Origin: Eledone cirrhosa
Lineage: Eukaryota
Reading direction: 5' to 3'
NCBI GenBank assembly: GCA_964016885.1
Contig: OZ024760.1
Span: forward strand, 34,658,001 to 34,722,000
Length of the DNA: 64,000 nucleotides
Shown: positions 1 to 8,701 of the stretch, one piece after another
Layout: every line of letters starts with the position of its first letter
Position numbering within the stretch: the stretch's first letter is position 1
Notes under the pieces: model-generated
Database searches by the model: none
What the model was told of the DNA's origin: nothing
The model's input: the letters and a program-made list of their open reading frames with translations, nothing else
Translations under genes and position numbers: made by a program

Positions 1-170
1 TGCTAGTCTTTTGTCTCTAATGGCCCTATCTACTGTGTTGTTCAACCACCAGGTCACTCTCTGTCTGGTTGGAGCTCTGCTCAAGCCACAAATTTCATCA
101 GTAGCATGCAGTAAGTTGTCATGCAAGAAATTCCAGTTATTATCTATGCCATACGATTCTAAAACGTCTC
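1..170 (-). mobile_element. Fragment of RTE LINE family B (continues off the left edge)
   Basis: Its reverse complement matches ~9760-9928 of the family B ORF (region encoding NNWKFLRDNLLQATDETCGWSRAPTRQRVTWWWN). ORF 11..202 is nearly the same as antisense ORF 9736..9975. Confidence 0.9.
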
Positions 171-185
171 TAAGGTATATATATA

Positions 186-3100
186 TCATCATCATCGTTT
201 AACGTCCATCTTCCATGCTAGCATGGGTTAGACGGGAGTTGTGCCACTTGAGGCAAGGTTGGTCGGGTAACCGTGTCTCGTTCATATAGGACTATTTGGC
301 AGGCTTTCTACTGCTGCATGCCCTTTTTAACACCAACCACATTTACAGAGTGGAACTGGTAACTTTTTACCGTGTTACATACACGGCCACATTACAGTGT
401 GGACTGTGTGTTTTTTTTGTCATGACACCTACACGATCTCGATCTCATTATCTCATTTATTTGGACTGGATGTTGTGGTACCAATTTACAGAGAGAGGTT
501 GGTGGGAGTGGGAGGATAGGGTAGGGGTAGTGGATTGGGGTGTATATTTGGTTAGGAGGTGCCTACTGACTGTAGGTTTCGCTTTGTACATAGGCAAGGC
601 GGGTCTTCTGTATTACTGCGTAGCGCCAAAGATCTCAGTCCAGTGACATTGTGTTAGAGAGCTGCAAGTGTGTAAGGTCGGAATTTATCAGATCGTCCCA
701 GGTTTTTCATACCAACGTAGTCTTCTTTCAAATAAACAGCATCTCATCCCTCTTATTCCTAATTTCTCACTTAGTTCATTTATGCTTTGCCGTTCACGTA
801 TATTACTATTACACATCCAACAGAGCATGCATGCTTCATTCCTTTCCAGTCTGCGCACGTCCTCTGCACGTAATGCCCATGTCTCACTGCCATGTAGCAA
901 TGCTGTTCGTATACAGGCATCATACAATCTGCCTTTCATTTTCAGAGAGAAACCTTTTGTGGCCAACAGCAGTATAAGCTCTCTGAACTTTTTCCATCCC
1001 GTTCTGACTTTGGCTACCGTACTTTCAGAACACCCTCCACCACTGCTTATTTCGTCACCCAGGTAACGGAAAGTGTCTACTATTTCTATAGAACCATCTG
1101 GGCAATAGAAGGAGCTAGTATCCTGTGGACACTTGCTGCTACTTATTGCACCTGAGCACCGTCCACATATAATATCTATGTTCTTGGATAGCTTACCTGT
1201 GATCCCACTACATCTTTTATGCACCCATACTTTGCATTTGGGACATAAAATGGAATTTCTGTCTACTCCTTTCCTACACACTGAGCATGGCCATTTCCCT
1301 GAGGGCACCTGTGCCCTATTTTCCTTTCTACAAACTAGAACTTTAGTCTTAGACAAGTTAACTTTAAGGCCTTTTGATTCTAGGCCATGTTTCCATGTTT
1401 CAAATTTCTTCTCTAGTTCAGCTATGAGCGTTAGATCATCTGCGTATAGGAGTTCCCATGGGCAGCCGGTCTTGAACTCCTCTGTTATAGCCTGAAGAGC
1501 AATAATAAATAAGAGGGGGCTAAGGACAGAGCCTTGATGAACGCCAACTTTTACACTAAATTCTTCACAATATTCATTGTTAATTCTAACCTTACTGACT
1601 GTTTCGTTATACATAGCTTGTATAGCTCTCACAAGCCATTTCATCTACACCTAGTTTTCTAAGAGTACACCAGATAATGGAGCGGGGGGACTCTGTGAAA
1701 AGCTTTCTCCAGATCTACAAAAGCTAAGTAGAGGGGTTCACTTTTAGCTAGGTACTTCTCTTGTAGTTGTCGTACAAGGAGAAGAGCGTCTGTGGTACTT
1801 TTACCTGACACAAACCCAAACTGCATTTCATCTAGATCAATTCGCTCTCTGATTAGTTGCGCTATAACTCTTTCTGTGACCTTCATGACCTGGTCAACTA
1901 ACTTAATGCCTCTCTATAGTTTCCCCTATCTAGAGCATCCCCTTTACCCTTGTAGCAGTTAATGATGATGCTGCTACGCCAGTCTTTCGGTATGACCCCA
2001 TCTTGTATTACTTGGTTAACTATACGGGTGACCATAGTGTGTCCCACCTTACCAGATGCCTTCAACATCTCAGCAACTATCTCCGAAGGCCCAGCTGCCT
2101 TGCCTGTCTTCATATCTTTGATTGCCTTACTTATTATACTACCTTTCACTTGCACTGCTGGTCCCTCTATTGGATCAATTTGGGGCAGACTATCTCTTTC
2201 CCATTTATTCTCCTCATTTAATAGTCTCTCGTAGTGACACTTCCAGGCTATCTTCTTATTAGTATCAGTGAGCGCAAGTACACCATTATCATTACGGACA
2301 CACTTCTCCCTGACAATATCACGGTTTTCCTTGACACATTGTCTAGCAATCCTGAACACCTCACGTTTTTGGTCCCTGTGTTGTAGAACATACTTGAACT
2401 TTCTATCCTCTGCTACTCTTTTTGCAAGGTACACTTGTCTCCTAGCTTCTCTCCTGGCCACTTGATAGTGCTCTCTACTTCCCCCATCCATTGCTTTCAG
2501 CAGGTTCACTTTCAAGAATTGCCACTGTTCCTCTATATTGCACGTTTCTAATTGCTCTTCCTTATTGTCAAAGTCATCAAGTAATAAGCTTTTAAATTTG
2601 TCACTGGCTATGGGGTCATTCAACTTCCATACTCTCCTCCTCAAGGTAGGCCTCCTCTGTCGTCGAGTACGCCTATTCCTGACTATGAGGTCACTAACTA
2701 CTAGGCTATGTTGGGAGGTGCATTCTTCACGGGGAGGCATTTAGTGTTTACAACAGACATTTTGTCCCATCTTCTAGTAAGGATATAATCTATCTGGGTG
2801 GCGTGTTCCCCTGATCTATAGGTGATCAAGTGGTTTTCACGTTTTTTGAAGTTTGTGTTACAGATAGTCAGGCTATTTGCGTCACAGAATTCCAGGATTC
2901 TGAAGCCCTTCTCATTTCTATTTCCAACCCCATAGCCTCCATTGATTCCATTATAGCCATCACTATGTTGTCCAACGTGACCGTTTAGATCGCCAGCAAT
3001 AATTAAGTAGTCGCTGTCGGTTATTTGGGAGGTAGTGTGCATTAGCATCTCATAGAACCTGTCCTTTATAACATCAGGTAGACCAGATTGGGGTGCATAA

Positions 3101-3446
3101 GCAGATATTATTGTCACAGTAGTTCTATTTAGAACTAGTCTTAATTCAATTATTCTGTCATTCACTCTATTTACGTCAATTACCTTATCTACCCATTTTT
3201 CAGCTAACATAATTCCTACTCCACCCAGTCCGTTGTCATTTCCCACCCAGAAAAGTTTATAGCATCGTTTTTTACCCACGATGAATCTGGCAGACCTCCT
3301 TCTCCACCTAGTCTCCTGAATATAACCTCATTTGAGCGACCTTTCAATGTGCCTACGTTTATGGTACTAACTCTGAAGTTGGGAGGGTGGGATGGATGGG
3401 TTGGAGGGGCAGGGAGGGGTGTGGGAGACGGGATTCTGTTGGTCAT
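186..3446 (-). mobile_element. RTE-clade non-LTR retrotransposon, family A, near full length, degraded
   Basis: Minus-strand ORF pieces give an APE endonuclease (STINVGTL, ISAYAPQ, GDLNGHVG, QIDY) followed by RT (MQFGF, FVDLEKAF, GVHQGSVLSP, YADD, FRYLG). A ~375-bp 3' UTR ends in a (GAT)n tail at 186-196. Confidence 0.95.
563..3446 (-). pseudogene. Disrupted APE-RT polyprotein of RTE family A, with PHD-type finger at 1156-1293
   Basis: Split into 3216-3446, 2701-3279, 1898-2740, 1659-1886 and 688-1644 by frameshifts. Has an in-frame deletion near 2485 relative to family B (LLKAMD^GGSRE) and a ~88-bp deletion near 707 relative to the copy at 3947-4999. Native stop (...TYSQ*) at 563-565. Confidence 0.9.
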
Positions 3447-3650
3447 CTGTGTCTAAAATAAAGAGGGGTCCTTGTATTCTCGTCTTGCAGCAGGATGTGA
3501 ATTTATCTTTACCTGTAACATTGTCATTGAGTGCTTAGACTTTTCAAATTTCCGCAGTCAACCCATCAAACAGGTCTAAACTTAAGGAGTAGTAACCAGG
3601 GTGGTAGCTTTGCTATACTGATTTGTTAGAGAACTTACTAAAGCCGCTGA

Positions 3651-3843
3651 GATATATAACATATATATGTTATATATAACATATATATGTTATATATACC
3701 AGATATATGTTATATATATCATATATATGTTATATATACCAGATATATGTTATATATATCATATATATGTTATATATACCAGATATATGTCATATATATC
3801 ATATATGTTATATATACCATATATATGTTATATATACCAGATA
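3651..3843. repeat. ~20-bp AT-rich minisatellite
   Basis: Alternating atatatgttatatataccag / atatatgttatatatatcat units, ~9 copies. Confidence 0.85.
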
Positions 3844-3946
3844 AGGTGTGGTAAAATACCAGGTGGACCATAACCCACCAGAGTACTCGATACTTGGGGT
3901 AGTAGAGTGGGTAATATGAATCTTTTCATATATATATATATATATA

Positions 3947-4999
3947 TCATCATCATCATCATCTTCGTTTAACGTCCATTTTCCACGCTAGCATGGGTTA
4001 GATGAGAGTTGTCCCACTTAAGGCAAGGTTGGTCAGGTGACCGTGTCTCGCTCATATAGGACTATCTGGCGGTTTTCTATGACTGGATGCCCTTCCTAAC
4101 ACCAACCACATTTACAGTGTGGAACTGGGAACTTTTTACCATGTTACCTACATGGCCACATTACAGCGTGGACTGTGTCTATTTTTCTCGTGACACCTAC
4201 ACGATCTCGATCTCATTATCTCATTTATTTGGACTGGATGTTGTGATACCAACTTTACAGAGAGAGGGTGGTGTTAGTGGGAGGATAGGGTAGGGGTAGT
4301 GGATTGGGGTGTATATTTGGTTAGGAGGTGCCTACTGACTGTAGGTTTCGCTTTGTACATAGGCAAGGCGGGTCTTCTGTATTACTGCATAGCACCAAAG
4401 ATCTCGGTCCAGTGACATTGTCTTAGAGAGGTGCAAGTGTGTAAGGTCGGAATTTATCAGATCGTCCCAGGTTTTTCTGGGTCTACCTACTCCGTAACTA
4501 CCATCAATTTTGATCACCCTGCACTTTTTTATGCAACTGTCGTCTTTCATGCGCATCACGTGACCATACCAACGTAGTCTTCTCTCAAGTAAACAGCATC
4601 TGATCCCTCTTATTCCTAATTTCTCACTTAGTTCATTTATGCTTTGCCATTCACGTATATTACTATTACACATCCAACGGAGCATGCATGCTTCATTCCT
4701 TTCCAGTCTGCACGTAATGCGCATGTCTTACTGCCATGTAGCATTGCTGTTCGTATATAAGCATCATACAATCTGCCTTTCATTTTTAGAGAGAAACCTT
4801 TTGTGGCCAACAGCGGTATAAGCTCTCTGAACTTTTTCCATCCCGTTCTGACTCTAGCTACTGTACTTTCAGAACACCCTCCACCACTGCTGATTTCGTC
4901 ACCCAGGTAACGGAAAGTGTCTACTATTTCTATAGAACCATCTGGGCAATAGAAGGAGCTAGTATCCTGTGGACACTTGCTACCTATTGCACCTGAGCA
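3947..4999 (-). mobile_element. 5'-truncated RTE family A copy (RT C-terminus plus 3' UTR)
   Basis: Closely similar to 186-1158. ORF 4332..4724 (RRLRWYGHVMR...GRPRKTW...TYSQ*). (GAT)n tail at 3947-3963. Confidence 0.95.
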
Positions 5000-5025
5000 T
5001 CAGCCACATATATATATGTGTATAT

Positions 5026-5266
5026 AAAAAAACACACACAGTCCACGCTGTAATGTGGCCGTGTAGGTAACACGGTAAAAAGTTCCCAGTTCCACACTGT
5101 AAATGTGGTTGGTGTTAGGAAGAGCATCCAGCCGTAGAAAACCTGCCAGATAGTCCTATATGAGCGAGACACGGTCACCCGACCAACCTTGCCTCAAGTG
5201 GGACAACTCCCGTCTAACCCATGCTAGCGTGGAAGATGGACATTAAACGTAGATGTTGATGATGAT
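5026..5266 (+). mobile_element. 3'-terminal ~240 bp of RTE family A, opposite orientation
   Basis: Reverse complement of ~3947-4187. Ends ...cccatgctagcgtggaagatggacattaaacg...gatgatgat followed by (TA)n. Confidence 0.9.
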
Positions 5267-5432
5267 ATATATATATATATATGGAAAAAAATGAAACAAA
5301 ATTTCATTTTTCACTCTTAGTACGACTGATACTTAAATGTAAGTATGTATGTATACGTACATACATATATGTATACAGACGTACAGTAGTATGTATATAT
5401 ATATATACATACATGCACACATATATGTATGG

Positions 5433-5514
5433 GTTTACCGAACATTTATTATAATGTTCGGTTTGTTTGTAAACAAACAAACAAACCGAACATTATAATA
5501 AATGTTTGGTAAAC
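5433..5514. repeat. Nested palindrome, 38-bp arms
   Basis: gtttaccgaacatttattataatgttcggtttgtttgt recurs as its reverse complement with 1 mismatch. Each arm contains its own ccgaacatt/aatgttcgg stem. Confidence 0.85.
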
Positions 5515-5614
5515 AAACAAACAGCCCGAATTACGCCGTACAGTGTTCGGCAACCACCGTTGCCCTTTTTGTTCAACACTGACACAGGAATGATGTACTA
5601 GTTTCAAGCTTATT

Positions 5615-5752
5615 AGCTATCGTATATATCTGTATATAGCTATCGTATATATCTGTATATAGCTATCTTATATATTTGTATACAGCTATCGTATATATCT
5701 GTATATAGCTATCGTATATATCTATATATAGCTATCGTATATATCTGTATAT
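5615..5752. repeat. 22-bp tandem repeat
   Basis: (tatagctatcgtatatatctgt) x ~6. Confidence 0.85.
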
Positions 5753-6281
5753 ATACATACAGACAGAGAGAGTCTGCTCTCTCTACCTCCCCCTACCTCT
5801 CATCTCATTACATTAACACCCTCTTCCTTTCATAATACAATAACAATAGCCAGAACTCATTGATTTTAATCATCCAGTCTTCTTATTCTGCCCCGCCCCA
5901 CCCACACCTTACCTTGCTATAAATTAATCTCACCTGTGTTTTGTTGCTCACCTTTCAATGTTTACCTTCTTCCCCCCCCCCCCCTCTCAAGACTTGTACC
6001 TTGAGCAGGTGTCTACCACAGCCTCACTGTCACCAATACTTTGTGAGTGGAATCTGGTAGTTGGAACCTGCAGAAGCTCTGCATGTGTGTGTGTCAGTAT
6101 GTCTCTGTATGTCTCTGTCACTGTCTCTGTCTCTGTATGTCTCTCTCGCTGTCTCTGTATGTCTCTGTCTCTGTATGTATCTGTGTGTGTGTGTTTATGT
6201 CCTTTATTCATGTTAACAGTTTGACAAAAGTAGCAGACTTGAAATAATATAAACACTGGGTTTAACATCATGGCCTCATTG

Positions 6282-6370
6282 TCCCAGCATGGCCACAGTC
6301 TAATGACTGAAAGTAGTGCCCCAGCATGGCTGCAGTCTAATGACTGAAAGTAGTGCCCCAGCACTGAAAC
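6282..6370 (+). repeat. ~36-bp tandem duplication, probable SINE 3'-end remnant
   Basis: cccagcatggc(ca/tg)cagtctaatgactgaaagtagtgc x2 plus a partial copy. The SINE attribution is from recollection of octopus repeats and is not verified. Confidence 0.55.
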
Positions 6371-6612
6371 CAGTTAGAGAGAATACTTTGTACATCTTTA
6401 CATCACAACACTTGTTTCACTCTCATCACCTCATTATATATATATATATAACGGCGATGGTTTTGCAAGGTTTTTTATATGAAATCGTGTGTCGAAACAA
6501 ATATTGTTATACTTGGGGAGGGTCATATTTGTGTAATATTGCCAGAATTAATAACAGATATATATAATTTTATATATATTATATATATATATAGTATATA
6601 TATATATATATA

Positions 6613-6658
<46 letters not shown>

Positions 6659-6686
6659 AGTGTAAGTTTCTACACAAAACGAAGGT

Positions 6687-7304
6687 TATAGAGAAAATTG
6701 AGGTTGGTAATGGCACATGGAATATATAAGAGACAGAATACATTTTTGTGAAAAAACATATAATTTTATAAGGTAAGGAGAGAATAAAGGGTATAAAAAA
6801 TGACCGGTTTCGATGGGTCTGCAAACGCCATCTTTTCAAATGTTGATTAATATTAAGAAAAATTAATAATAAGAAGAGTTAAAATTTGAGATTTGAAAAT
6901 TCAAGTATAAAATTCAGTGTGGGATTTCATAGTAGTTTTCATCTTGGTAGCAGCAAGTTGACTGCTGTGTGTCCCTTTCTGGTAGTGAATGAGGAATTAT
7001 TTGTGGGGAGTGGTTTTTTTTAAACAGAATGACTTATATTTTAATTTCACTGTTCTAACTTCTTATATTATGGGAAAAATATGTGTATGTATGTATATAT
7101 ATATATATTTGGAGGCCATTTCTCTATGTGTGTGGGTGTATGTATGTGTGTGTGTGTGTATGTGTGTGCATGTGGATGTATGTATGTGTGTGTGTGTGTA
7201 TGTATGTGTGTATCTGGATGTATGTGTATGTATATATATGTGTGTGTGTGTGTATGTGTATATATATGTGTGTGTGTGTGTTTGTATGTGTGTATGTGTA
7301 TATA

Positions 7305-7391
<87 letters not shown>

Positions 7392-7397
7392 ATGTAC

Positions 7398-7429
<32 letters not shown>

Positions 7430-7512
7430 GTGTGTGTTTGTATGTGTATGTATATATATGTGTATGTGTGTATATATATGTGTGTGTATGTGTATGTGTG
7501 TATGTATATGTA

Positions 7513-7553
<41 letters not shown>

Positions 7554-8034
7554 GTATGTGTATATATAGGTGTAAGTGCACTAAATGCCTTTCTATCACT
7601 CCCCTCTCCTACCGACCACATGGAGATTTATGTATGTATATTGCTTCCACCCCCTCACTGACCAGCAGCTGGCCATCTGGCCATTGCTAAATCTGACCTT
7701 AAAAAAAACCACTCCCCACAAATAATTCCTCATTCACTACCAGAAAGGGACACACAGCAGTCAACTTGCTGCTACCAAGATGAAAACTACTATGAAATCC
7801 CACACTGAATTTTATACTTGAATTTTCAAATCTCAAATTTTAACTCTTCTTATTATTAATTTTTCTTAATATTAATCAACATTTGAAAAGATGGCTTTTG
7901 CAGACCCATCGAAACCGGTCATTTTTTATACCCTTTATTCTTTCCTTACCTTATAAAATTATATGTTTTTCACAAAAAAGTATTCTGTCTCTTATATATT
8001 CCATGTGCCATTACCAACCTCAATTTTCTCTATA
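6687..8034. repeat. ~337-bp inverted repeat (6687-7023 / 7699-8034) around a microsatellite spacer; possibly Penelope-like
   Basis: Arms are near-perfect reverse complements with only a few mismatches. A more diverged outer inverted pair lies at ~6461-6530 / ~8053-8125. Confidence 0.9.
7081..7570. repeat. Compound (TG)n/(TA)n/(TATG)n microsatellite
   Basis: Directly visible; it produces the low-complexity V/C/Y/I ORFs. Confidence 0.95.
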
Positions 8035-8181
8035 TATATAATTGTATATATTGACAACATGACCCTCCCAAACTATAACAATATCGGTTTCAACACACGT
8101 TTTCAGATAAAGAATCTTGCTAAACAAATTCAGAAACGAAATAATTGTATATAATTATATATATATACATAATATATATAT

Positions 8182-8510
8182 GGGGGCACATGGCTTAGTG
8201 GTTAGAGCATTGGCCTTGCAATCGAAAGGTTGTGAGTTCAATTCTCAGACCAGGTGATGTGTTGTTTCCTTGATCAAGACACTTTATTTCACATTGCTCC
8301 AGTTTACTCAGCTGTAGAAATGATGATAGGGACTGGGGTCCCTATCATTCCACTGCAAAGTGGTCGTGGAGGTGCCACGGCAAAAAAGCACCCAGCTCTC
8401 ACTGTAAATGAGGTTGGTGTTAGGAAGGGCATCCAGCTGTAGAAATCAAGCCAGAATCAGTTCCCATCCCACCCTTGTAAGTGGACGTAAAATGAAATGA
8501 TGATGATGAT
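8182..8510 (+). mobile_element. tRNA-derived SINE with bipartite RTE-derived 3' part
   Basis: Pol III A box TGGCTTAGTGG (8191-8201) and B box GTTCAATTC (8236-8244). Central ttccttgatcaagacacttt...cagctgt domain. 8371-8445 matches the family B 5' UTR and 8465-8510 matches the family B 3' end, with a (GAT)n tail. Flanked by (TA)n on both sides. Confidence 0.85.
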
Positions 8511-8701
8511 ATATATATATATTTTGATTTTGATTTTGTATCAGTACTGTCGGTAATATATGTATATATATATATGTGTTTGAGAGTGGTGTGTGTGATT
8601 GTATGCATGAATGAGTGTTGGTATGTGTGGTTGTGGTTTGTATGCATGAGTATTGGTGTGTGAGTCGTGTCAATAAGTTTTTTTTTTTTTTTTTTTTTTT
8701 T

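Noticed and set aside
6989-7690. Long V/C/Y/I and T/H ORFs on both strands
   Set aside because: Translations of dinucleotide microsatellite.
8182-8250. tRNA gene
   Set aside because: A and B boxes are present but there is no cloverleaf or acceptor stem, and it continues into a SINE body.
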